From: Dehalococcoidia bacterium
Lineage (GTDB): Bacteria; Chloroflexota; Dehalococcoidia; Lucifugimonadales; UBA3495
Direction: 5' to 3'
DNA length: 64,000 nucleotides
Assembly: GCA_965208015.1 (NCBI GenBank)
Contig: CBDBNT010000003.1
Location: 305,832 to 369,831, forward strand
The first letter of the stretch is position 1. Each line of letters opens with the position of its first letter. The notes beneath the pieces were generated by a model that saw nothing but the letters and a program-made list of their open reading frames with translations, made no database searches and was not told the DNA's origin. Position numbers and translations under genes: made by a program. Positions 56,132 to 64,000 of this stretch are shown here, piece after piece.

Positions 56132-57763
56132 TTAGTAACCTACGGCCTGCCCGTCGCCCCGGGGATCCGACGCGCCGGCCAATACGCCACGGCGTCCGTC
56201 CCGCACGATGAGCTGCACCACGCCGTGGTAGGAACCCAACGGGTTCTGCACCACGTTGTGACCCATGCGGCCCAGGTCTCGGATCGTGTCGTCGGGCATA
56301 CCCATTTCCATCCTGAGTTCGCCGGCGCGGTTGATGGTCGCCGGGTCGGTGCCGGGGAAGCTGTGCCAGCGTGGCGATTCCACGGCGTCCTGGGGTTGCA
56401 GCCCGCCGTCGATCAATTTGGTCAGCATCTGGATCCCAACCTGCGGCTGGACGTCGCCGCCGGGCGTGCCGCCGACGATGGCCACCTCGCCGCCCACGGT
56501 GGTCAGGTAGCAGTTCAGCGTGTGCATGGTGCGCTTGCCCGGCGCGATGACGTTGGGATGGTCCGGTTCCAGGCTGAACCCGCGCCCGGCCCGGTTGTTG
56601 AACAGGACACCGGTGCCGGGAGCAACGACGCCGGAACCGAACCCGTTGGACAGGCTGTGAATCCAGCTGACTGCGTTCCCCGACCCATCCGCGACGCAGA
56701 AGTAGGTGGTGTCGCCCCGGCCGTCCACCGGCGTCAGCGGGCGGACCTCGCCGCCGGCCTGGAATGGGTGGATCTGGTCTCGGCGCATGTCCGCGTATTC
56801 GGTTGACAGCAGGCCGTCCAGGGGCCAGTCCACGAAGTTCGGATCCCCGGCGAGGCGGTTGCGATCCGAATACGCGATCTTCTTCGCTTCAACCAGCAGG
56901 TGGATCGAGTCCGCCGAGTTCGGCGTCATCGACGACAGATCGTGCCCGCTGACGATGTTCAGCATCTCCAGCAGCATGAACCCCTGCGACGGCGGCCGGG
57001 TCTGGTAAACAGTGTGACCTCGGTACGTCGTGCTGATGGCGTCCCCAACGTCGGCGTAGTGCCCGGCGAAGTCGGCCTCGGTGAACAGCGCCCCTGCATT
57101 GTTGAGACCCTCGACCATCCTGGCGGCGATTTCGCTGCGGTAAAAGGCGTCGGCTCCGCCCTCGGCCACCGCGCGGATCGTCTTCGCCAGGTCGCCGTTG
57201 ACCAGCACCTCGCCAACCCGAGGCGGACGACCGCCGTTGGCCAGATAGATGTCCGCGGTAGCGGCGAAGCGCCCCAGCAACTCGGCGTTCCCCGCGAAAG
57301 AGCGCGCGATACGCGGCGATACGGGGAAGCCGCGCTCGGCGTACCGAATGGCGGGCGCCAGCAGATCGGCAAACTGCATGGTGCAGAAATCTCGGTGCAC
57401 GGTTTCCCAGGCCGCGGCTTCGCCGGGCACGGAAATCGAGTGCGGCCCCTGTATCGGCATCAAAGCGAGGCCCTGGCTTCGGTAGTATTCGGCTTCCGCT
57501 CCCGACGCGGCGACCCCGCTGCTGTTGATGTTGGTGACCTGGCCACTCTTGGCGTCGTAGGCAAGGATGAACGAATCGCCTCCCAGACCGCACACCGGCA
57601 CCAGGGTGACGCATTCCACCGCGGCCACCGCCAGGGCGGCGTCGAACGCGGTCCCGCCTTCCTGCAAGACCCGGAGGCCTGCGGACGCGGCCAGCGGCGA
57701 GTTGGAGCAGACCATGCCATTCTGACCGTACACGGCGCTGCGGGTGAGTTGGGTGATGGACAT
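56132..57763 (-). CDS. ggt: Gamma-glutamyltransferase
   Basis: 543 aa. Autoprocessing-site region GDTTYFCVADGSGNAVS and GGxGG-like segment TPGGD. Confidence 0.9.
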   Translation of the reverse strand: MSITQLTRSAVYGQNGMVCSNSPLAASAGLRVLQEGGTAFDAALAVAAVECVTLVPVCGLGGDSFILAYDAKSGQVTNINSSGVAASGAEAEYYRSQGLALMPIQGPHSISVPGEAAAWETVHRDFCTMQFADLLAPAIRYAERGFPVSPRIARSFAGNAELLGRFAATADIYLANGGRPPRVGEVLVNGDLAKTIRAVAEGGADAFYRSEIAARMVEGLNNAGALFTEADFAGHYADVGDAISTTYRGHTVYQTRPPSQGFMLLEMLNIVSGHDLSSMTPNSADSIHLLVEAKKIAYSDRNRLAGDPNFVDWPLDGLLSTEYADMRRDQIHPFQAGGEVRPLTPVDGRGDTTYFCVADGSGNAVSWIHSLSNGFGSGVVAPGTGVLFNNRAGRGFSLEPDHPNVIAPGKRTMHTLNCYLTTVGGEVAIVGGTPGGDVQPQVGIQMLTKLIDGGLQPQDAVESPRWHSFPGTDPATINRAGELRMEMGMPDDTIRDLGRMGHNVVQNPLGSYHGVVQLIVRDGRRGVLAGASDPRGDGQAVGY

Positions 57764-57798
57764 GGTGGCTGCCTCCTGAGTAGCGGGTTGACCCCCTG

Positions 57799-57806
57799 AT
57801 TATAAT
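57799..57806. promoter_or_regulatory. Overlapping divergent -10 boxes (ATTATAAT) for ggt and the SBP gene
   Basis: TATAAT is read on the plus strand at 57801-57806 and on the minus strand at 57804-57799. Confidence 0.45.
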
Positions 57807-57866
57807 AGGCGCCGTCCATTTTGATACTGAAAACTGCGGAATCAATTCATTTGATACGGGGGAACT

Positions 57867-60065
57867 GTGCCGAAGTCGATCCGAATCAGCATTGTCGTCA
57901 TCATGTGTCTGGTTGGCACAGCAGTTGGAATGCTGTTCCTTCCGGTGGGTGATGCGGCGGCAGCCGACCCGGCGTGTCCCGGTTCCTGGCCGGAGCAGGC
58001 TTACGAGGGGCCGCTGCGGCAAGAGGACCACGGCCGCGTCGCCTATCAGGACTTCTTCACCGACCCCGACGGCGACCGCTGGTTCATCATCCGCAGTTCC
58101 GACAGCAACGGTTACACCACCGTCCGCGCGTATCCCGCCACCGACAGCGGATACGCAGCCAACTCCCCAGACGAGGTTTGCTATCTGGTCGTGCGCAAGC
58201 CAGGCGCCGCCGAGGACGCCGCAGAACCAAGGCAGGTGGTGTTCCCGAAAGAGCAGGAGGAACCGGAACCGCCCGACCCCTGTCAAGTTCGGGGTGGACC
58301 CACCGGCCCAGCGCCTCCCGCGGTATCTCGTCGAGACGATCCCCAAGGAACGGATCAGTCCAATATTGTTGCCCAACTGGAGAGGAACGCCGCGGAGTTT
58401 GAGTACGGCATTGGCCGCCGGTGCGGAAACTTGACCATAGCGACCATCGGCGAACCTCTTACCTTTAACCTGGCTCTGGCGGATGACGCTTCATCATCCA
58501 ACGTGCTCGGATATCTGTTCGAAGGGTTGACTGAGGTCTCCTGGCTCACTAACCGCGAGGAACCCAGCCTGGCACGGAGTTGGGAGCATTCGGCCGACGG
58601 CCTAACCTGGACTTTCCACCTGAGGCAAGATGTCCGGTGGCACGACGGACAACCCTTCACCGCCAATGACGTGGCTTTCACCTTCAACCGCATCATCTAC
58701 AACGAAGACATCAACGCCAATGCCCGCGCCGCATTCAACTTCCGTGTCCTGGACGACGCAACCGGCGAATGGCGGGAAGAGCCCATGACGGTGACTGTCC
58801 TGAACGACCATACGGTCCGGTTCCGCCTTCCTGTGCCTTCCGCTCCCTTCCTGCGTTCCATGGGAACCGCGATTTATCCCAAGCATATCCTGGAGCAATA
58901 CGTGGACGCCGGCACGTTCCACACCGTTTGGGGCATCGACACCGACCCGGCAGAGGTGATCGGAACCGGCCCCTTCACCATCACTGGCTACGAGCCGGGC
59001 CGAAGCGTGGTCCTGCGCCGGAACTCGGACTACTGGCTCAAGGATGCCGCCGGCAATCGCCTGCCGTACCTGGACGGAATAGTTTACGTCAAAGTACCCG
59101 ATCTCGCGGCGGAACTGGCCCGGTTCCGTTCTGGCCAGTCCGACCTACACGGAGTGCTGGGAGAAGAATTTGCTGAATTAGCGCCGCTCCAGGACGCAGA
59201 GAACTTCATCATCCACAGGCGCGGCCCCGGTTTGGGATTGTCCTTCCTGGCGTTCAACATGAACTCGGGCCGGAACGATGCCGGGGACAGTTACGTCGTT
59301 CCCGAACGGCTGGAATGGTTCCGCAACACACAATTCCGCCAAGCCGTGGCTCATGCTATTGACAAGGAAGCCATCATTGGCGACGTGTATCACGGCCACG
59401 CTTTCCCGCAGTCATCGTCCATCAGCCCGGCGGCCGGCGACTTTCACAATCCCAACGTCCGCCGGTACGAGTATGACATCGACCGGGCCAACGCCATCCT
59501 GGACGATCTGGACTGGACTGACACTGACAGCGACGGGATACGGGAAGACAGCGCCGGCAATCCAATCGTGTTCACCATGGTGACCAACGAAGGCAACACC
59601 GTGCGCGAAAAAACGGGGGCGACAATCCACGAAGGTTTGCAGGCTGTTGGCATTGGAGCTGCCTACGAAATCAAACCATTCAGCGAAATCGTGCCCCAGC
59701 TTACGTCCAGCTATGATTGGGAGGCGATAGTCATCGGCTTCGGCGAAGGCAGTGATCCGCATGGCGGCATCGTCTTGTGGCACAGCAGTGAGAACTTCCA
59801 CCTGTGGCATCCCAAACAGGTGCAGCCGGCCACGGCGTGGGAAGCTGAAATCGACGACCTGTACGTCAGGGCCAGCCAGGAACTGAACCATGAACAGCGT
59901 GTGGCTCTCTACCATCGCGCCCAGGAGATCGTTGCGGAAAACCTGCCGCTTATTTTCACGGTGCGGCCCGAGCGCATAACAGCGGTTCGCGACGTCTTCG
60001 GCAACACCACCGCCACCCTGTACGGCCTGTGGGACATCCGCTACCTGTACCGCACGGACCGGTAG
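57867..60065 (+). CDS. Family-5 ABC substrate-binding protein with ~170-aa N-terminal extension; orphan (no adjacent permeases)
   Basis: GTG start after GGGGGAA, signal-like IVVIMCLVGTAVGMLFLPVG. The SBP core begins near NLTIATIGEPLTFNLA. Confidence 0.8.
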   Translation: MPKSIRISIVVIMCLVGTAVGMLFLPVGDAAAADPACPGSWPEQAYEGPLRQEDHGRVAYQDFFTDPDGDRWFIIRSSDSNGYTTVRAYPATDSGYAANSPDEVCYLVVRKPGAAEDAAEPRQVVFPKEQEEPEPPDPCQVRGGPTGPAPPAVSRRDDPQGTDQSNIVAQLERNAAEFEYGIGRRCGNLTIATIGEPLTFNLALADDASSSNVLGYLFEGLTEVSWLTNREEPSLARSWEHSADGLTWTFHLRQDVRWHDGQPFTANDVAFTFNRIIYNEDINANARAAFNFRVLDDATGEWREEPMTVTVLNDHTVRFRLPVPSAPFLRSMGTAIYPKHILEQYVDAGTFHTVWGIDTDPAEVIGTGPFTITGYEPGRSVVLRRNSDYWLKDAAGNRLPYLDGIVYVKVPDLAAELARFRSGQSDLHGVLGEEFAELAPLQDAENFIIHRRGPGLGLSFLAFNMNSGRNDAGDSYVVPERLEWFRNTQFRQAVAHAIDKEAIIGDVYHGHAFPQSSSISPAAGDFHNPNVRRYEYDIDRANAILDDLDWTDTDSDGIREDSAGNPIVFTMVTNEGNTVREKTGATIHEGLQAVGIGAAYEIKPFSEIVPQLTSSYDWEAIVIGFGEGSDPHGGIVLWHSSENFHLWHPKQVQPATAWEAEIDDLYVRASQELNHEQRVALYHRAQEIVAENLPLIFTVRPERITAVRDVFGNTTATLYGLWDIRYLYRTDR

Positions 60066-60094
60066 CGCCAACCGAACCCACCGAAGCAGCTACG

Positions 60095-60604
60095 TTAGGG
60101 GAGCCTCCCCCACAGCACGACGCCGGCCCGGTCATCCACCTGCTCCAGTAGCTGCCCGACGGTAGGGCCATCGGGCGGGACAATTCCGTCAGGGATTATC
60201 TCCGCCAGCGGAACCAGCGCGAAGGCTCGCTGGGACATGCGCGGATGCGGTATCTGGAGGTCCGGCTCGGCCGAATCTACCACCTGGTCGCCGTAGAGCA
60301 GGATGTCAACGTCGATCAATCGCGGTCCCCACCGGAACGACGGAGTGCGGCCGACGGTCGCCTCTACCGACTTGCACGCCGCAAGCAGGTCCGCCGGCGC
60401 CAGGGTGGTCTCGTAGGCGGCGACCAGGTTGAGGAAGTTGGGCTGGTCCGAAACGGCCCACGGCTCCGTTTCGTACACCGACGAACACGCGGTGCGGTGC
60501 ATCCCCGGCGTCTCGTCCAGCAGTCGCAATGCCTCCGTCAGTGCCGCCAGCCTGTCGCCCAGGTTGCCGCCCAGGCACAAGTAGGTCGTTATCGGTTCGG
60601 CCAA
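60095..60604 (-). CDS. folK: 2-amino-4-hydroxy-6-hydroxymethyldihydropteridine diphosphokinase
   Basis: YLCLGGNLGD..., YETEPW, GPRLIDVDILLY motifs. Confidence 0.9.
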   Translation of the reverse strand: MAEPITTYLCLGGNLGDRLAALTEALRLLDETPGMHRTACSSVYETEPWAVSDQPNFLNLVAAYETTLAPADLLAACKSVEATVGRTPSFRWGPRLIDVDILLYGDQVVDSAEPDLQIPHPRMSQRAFALVPLAEIIPDGIVPPDGPTVGQLLEQVDDRAGVVLWGRLP

Positions 60605-61509
60605 TTCTCCGGCCTCCAGTCGCGCACAATGGCGTCCGTCATCTTGGCAACGCGGACCATCTGCCTCACGTCATGCACTCGTACAATATCGGACCCGCCG
60701 GCGATGCTCATGGCCACCGCCGCCGCCGTACCCTCCACTCGGTCTTCCGCCGGCAACCCCAGGACGCGGCCGATGGTCGACTTACGGGAGACCCCCAGCA
60801 GCAGCGGGTACCCGAGATCCCGCAGTTCCGGCAGTCGCCGCAGCAGTTCCAGGTTGTGGTCAGCGGTCTTTCCGAACCCGATGCCCGGGTCAAGGATCAC
60901 GTTCTGGTCGGCGATGCCGGCGGCGCGCGCAATTCCGGAGATGCGACCCAGACCCGCGATCACATCGGGCACCAGGTCGTCGTACTGCGCTTCCCGTTGG
61001 TTGTGCATCAGGATTGCAGGCACCCCGGCGTGGGCGATGACCCGCGCCATGTTTCCGTCGGCCAGCAGCCCCCACACGTCGTTGACCAGCGACGCCCCGG
61101 CCGCAATCGCCTGCCGTGCCACTGGAGCCTTGTAGGTGTCCACGCTCACCGGAATGCTCACCGCCCGGCAGATGGCCTCCAGGGCCGGCAGCAACCGATC
61201 CGCCTCCGCCGACGCGGAGATGGGCGTACTGCCCGGGCGCGTCGACTCCGCGCCGACGTCCAGCATGTCCGCGCCGTCGGCTTCCATGCGCCGGGCTTGG
61301 TCCACGGCGGCCGCCACGTCGCCGGCCAGGCCATCGCCGGAGAAGGAGTCAGGCGCCAGGTTGATGATGCCCATGACGTAGGTGCGCCGCCCCCAGACCA
61401 GGGGTTCGCCGCCGGCCACAGACAGGGGCGGCGCATTGGGAGGTGGCTGGGATCTGGAAGCCGTCAAGTCACTCACTGTTGGCTGGGGACGGTGGTTTGC
61501 GGGAACCAT
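60589..61509 (-). CDS. folP: Dihydropteroate synthase
   Basis: VMGIINLAPDSFSGDG, DVGAESTRPG. The true start may be downstream of 61509. Confidence 0.85.
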   Translation of the reverse strand: MVPANHRPQPTVSDLTASRSQPPPNAPPLSVAGGEPLVWGRRTYVMGIINLAPDSFSGDGLAGDVAAAVDQARRMEADGADMLDVGAESTRPGSTPISASAEADRLLPALEAICRAVSIPVSVDTYKAPVARQAIAAGASLVNDVWGLLADGNMARVIAHAGVPAILMHNQREAQYDDLVPDVIAGLGRISGIARAAGIADQNVILDPGIGFGKTADHNLELLRRLPELRDLGYPLLLGVSRKSTIGRVLGLPAEDRVEGTAAAVAMSIAGGSDIVRVHDVRQMVRVAKMTDAIVRDWRPENWPNR

Positions 61510-61567
61510 TATACTGACCCCGCGAAACTAGCCGCTTGCCGCACAGCAACGTCGTTGGAGGTCCAGG

Positions 61568-63136
61568 TTGTCCACACGAGAAGAAGCAATCACCGACCCG
61601 GGTTTGGAAAACCTGCTCCGCCTCCAGGACCAGGCCGCGCTGGGAGGCGGCCAGCGTCGCGTCGACCAGCAGCACCAGCGGGGCAAGATGACCGCCCGCG
61701 AACGGCTGAACACCCTCATGGACGACGGCACGTTCACCGAGATCGACCGATTCGTGACCCATCGGACCACCGACTTCGGACTGGCGGACCGTACCTTCCT
61801 GGGCGACGCGGTGGTCACCGGCTACGGCAACATCGACGGCCGCCAGGTATTCGCCTACGCCCAGGACTTCACCGTCTTTGGCGGTTCGCTGTCCGAGGTG
61901 GTGGGCCAGAAGATCTGCAAGGTCATGGACCTGGCCGCCAAAACCGGATGCCCCATGATCGGCATCTGCGACTCCGGCGGAGCGCGCATCCAGGAAGGGG
62001 CGCTGAGCCTGGCCGCCTACGGCGACATCTTCCTCCGCAACACCATGTATTCCGGTGTGGTTCCGCAGATTTCGGTCATCATGGGCCCCTCTGCCGGCGG
62101 CGCGGTCTACTCGCCAGCGATCACCGACTTCATCTTCATGGTCCGGGGAACCGGACAGATGTACATCACCGGCCCCGACGTGGTGCGCGCGGTCACCGGC
62201 GAAAACGTGACCCACGAGCAACTGGGCGGCGCCGACGCCCACGCGGCCCGCAGCGGCGTGGCGCACTTCGTAGCCGCCTCTGAGGAAGAGTGCCTGGAGG
62301 AGCTGCGTCGGCTGATTTCCTTCCTTCCCCTGAACAACCTCGACGACCCGCCCGGGTATCGCTCCGCTGACCCGGTAGACCGCGCCGACGAAGTCCTGCG
62401 CGGCATCGTTCCCGACGAGCCCAACCGGCCTTACGACATTCGAGAGATCATCTACCACATCGTCGATGATGAGGACTTCATGGAAGTCCAGGCCGGCTAC
62501 GCGCCCAACGTCGTCGTAGGATTCGCGAGGATGGCCGGCCGAACCGTGGGACTGGTCGGCAACCAGCCGGCGTACCTGGCCGGCGTGCTGGACATCAACG
62601 CCTCAGCCAAGGCAGCCCGCTTCGTGCGGTTCTGCGATTGCTTCAACGTGCCGCTGGTGACGCTGGTGGACGTGCCTGGGTTCATGCCGGGCACGGAGCA
62701 GGAGTACGGGGGCATCATCCGCCACGGGGCCAAGCTGATCTACGCCTACGCGGAGGCCACGGTGCCCAAGGTCGCGTTGATCACCCGCAAGGCGTACGGC
62801 GGCGCCTACATCGTCATGAGCAGCAAGCACCTGCGTTCGGACGTGAACCTCGCCTGGCCCAGCGCCGAGATCGCCGTTATGGGCCCGGACGGCGCGGTGA
62901 ACATCATCTACCGGGAGGAGATCAGCAACGCCGACGACCCCGACGCCCGCCGCGCCGAGCTCATCGCCGACTACCAGGAGCGCTTCACCAACCCGTATGT
63001 CGCCGCCAACCGCGGCTACCTGGATGATGTGATCGACCCGGCGTCAACTCGGGCAACCGTCATCCGCGCCCTAGAGATGCTGCAAAACAAGCGAGACACC
63101 CTGCCCGCCAAGAAACACGGCAACATCCCGCTATAA
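61568..63136 (+). CDS. Acyl-CoA carboxylase carboxyltransferase (beta) subunit, propionyl-CoA carboxylase-like
   Basis: [21 protein letters not shown] and two crotonase-like CT halves. TTG start. Confidence 0.9.
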   Translation: MSTREEAITDPGLENLLRLQDQAALGGGQRRVDQQHQRGKMTARERLNTLMDDGTFTEIDRFVTHRTTDFGLADRTFLGDAVVTGYGNIDGRQVFAYAQDFTVFGGSLSEVVGQKICKVMDLAAKTGCPMIGICDSGGARIQEGALSLAAYGDIFLRNTMYSGVVPQISVIMGPSAGGAVYSPAITDFIFMVRGTGQMYITGPDVVRAVTGENVTHEQLGGADAHAARSGVAHFVAASEEECLEELRRLISFLPLNNLDDPPGYRSADPVDRADEVLRGIVPDEPNRPYDIREIIYHIVDDEDFMEVQAGYAPNVVVGFARMAGRTVGLVGNQPAYLAGVLDINASAKAARFVRFCDCFNVPLVTLVDVPGFMPGTEQEYGGIIRHGAKLIYAYAEATVPKVALITRKAYGGAYIVMSSKHLRSDVNLAWPSAEIAVMGPDGAVNIIYREEISNADDPDARRAELIADYQERFTNPYVAANRGYLDDVIDPASTRATVIRALEMLQNKRDTLPAKKHGNIPL

Positions 63137-63137
63137 T
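63132..63137 (+). promoter_or_regulatory. -10 box TATAAT overlapping the carboxyltransferase stop
   Basis: Perfect TATAAT, 92 nt upstream of the 63229 ORF. Confidence 0.35.
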
Positions 63138-63228
63138 GACGGCACCGCAATAGAATGGCCGGACGGGGTGGATCGCCATACCCAGCGTTCCGCCGGAACG
63201 GGCCGCTCAAGCTTTCATCTCGTTCTAC

Positions 63229-63558
63229 TTGGCAATAGCGGCGGCAATTGCCATTGACGTACTGCTGATTACCCACAATCACGGGCCGAAGACATGGCAA
63301 TTGACCGCGGAGATGGTCTTTGACGACGGCGGTCAATTCGTGGCCTGGGCGCTGGCGGCGACCTGGCCGATTATGGAGACGATGAGAATGGTACTGGCAT
63401 CAATTTTTGAAAAACGAGCCGTCAACCGGGGCAGGGAGGAGATGAACCGAATCTGGGCCGATTGGAACCGCCGACGCGTGCAAGCTGAGCAGCGAGGCGA
63501 AACCTTTGATGAACCACCACCGGACATCAGCAGGAGCAACTCCGGCAAACCCGAATAG
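63229..63558 (+). CDS. Hypothetical small protein (109 aa)
   Basis: TTG start, one or two hydrophobic helices then a charged tail. Weak support. Confidence 0.35.
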   Translation: MAIAAAIAIDVLLITHNHGPKTWQLTAEMVFDDGGQFVAWALAATWPIMETMRMVLASIFEKRAVNRGREEMNRIWADWNRRRVQAEQRGETFDEPPPDISRSNSGKPE

Positions 63559-63609
63559 CAACCGCACAAATCCGTTTCGCCTCACACCGACTTGGCCGGG
63601 AGCAATGAT

Positions 63610-64000
63610 ATGCAGTTCGGCGTCTTCTATCAAATCCCTTGCAGCGAGGGCCAAACTCCCGCCGACCGTTACGCTGACGTAATGGCCCAGGTGCAGCTGG
63701 CCGACCGGCTCGGCTACGACATGGCCTGGCTGGCGGAGCTGCACTTCGCCCGGCGCTTCTCGGTGATGCCCGCCCCCTTGCTCATGGCATCAGCGCTATC
63801 ACAGACCACCGAAAGGATCATGCTGGGAACGGCAGTCAACCTGCTGCCCCTGCATCACCCGCTGCGCATCGCGGAAGAAGTCGCGACCCTGGACGTTCTG
63901 TCAGGCGGACGGGCCGTCTTCGGCATTGGGCGCGGTTCCAACCCCAACCACTATCGCGGTTACGGCATCCCCATCGAGGAACGCAACGACCGCTTCGTGG
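63610..64000 (+). CDS. LLM-class flavin-dependent oxidoreductase, 3' end outside window
   Basis: Not in the track (no stop in window). GGGAG SD, then ATG 63610: MQFGVFYQIP...LGYDMAWLAELHF...LGTAVNLLPLHHPLRIAEE... Confidence 0.8.
   Translation, partial: MQFGVFYQIPCSEGQTPADRYADVMAQVQLADRLGYDMAWLAELHFARRFSVMPAPLLMASALSQTTERIMLGTAVNLLPLHHPLRIAEEVATLDVLSGGRAVFGIGRGSNPNHYRGYGIPIEERNDRFV

Overview
High-G+C (visibly above 60 %) 64-kb chromosomal segment. The gene content points to an aerobic marine heterotroph, possibly a SAR202-like Chloroflexota; this is inference only. The window holds about 60 genes. Housekeeping genes include gyrB, valS, pdxS/pdxT, rnc, tmk, plsY, ilvE, cysC, aroC/aroE, folK/folP, hpt, ggt and one tRNA-Ser(UGA). 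Oxidative and catabolic genes are unusually dense: four tandem cytochrome P450 paralogs plus a small ferredoxin, a Baeyer-Villiger monooxygenase, two luciferase-like (LLM) oxidoreductases, an acyl-CoA dehydrogenase, CoA-transferase scoAB, an acyl-CoA carboxyltransferase, and amidohydrolase/MBL/HAD enzymes. Main points beyond the ORF track follow. (1) A low-G+C two-gene islet at 6627-8422 encodes an ABC/AAA_21-type ATPase translationally coupled to a small TOPRIM-like (DUF4435/DUF3226-style) protein. It is an AbiL/PARIS-like candidate defence module and my best candidate for a poorly described system. (2) Two selenoprotein genes were truncated by the ORF track because of in-frame TGA codons: a SelW/Rdx-like gene (14425-14712, CxxU) and a DsbA-like gene (20269-20901, U at the redox-Cys position). 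(3) The four-P450 array, in which each gene has its own sigma70-like promoter and hairpin terminator. (4) A coupled small-protein/retropepsin-like protease pair at 948-1579. (5) An intact IS4-family IS with 13-bp inverted repeats and a 10-bp target duplication, an IS-end relic and a MITE-like palindrome. (6) A REP-like 27-nt hairpin family showing compensatory stem covariation. (7) An RHH-PIN toxin-antitoxin locus whose PIN gene carries an in-frame amber codon. (8) A strong orphan promoter and about 0.5 kb of non-coding DNA upstream of tRNA-Ser. No rRNA genes and no CRISPR array were seen. Many long ORFs in the track are antisense or frame-shadow artefacts of the high G+C content.
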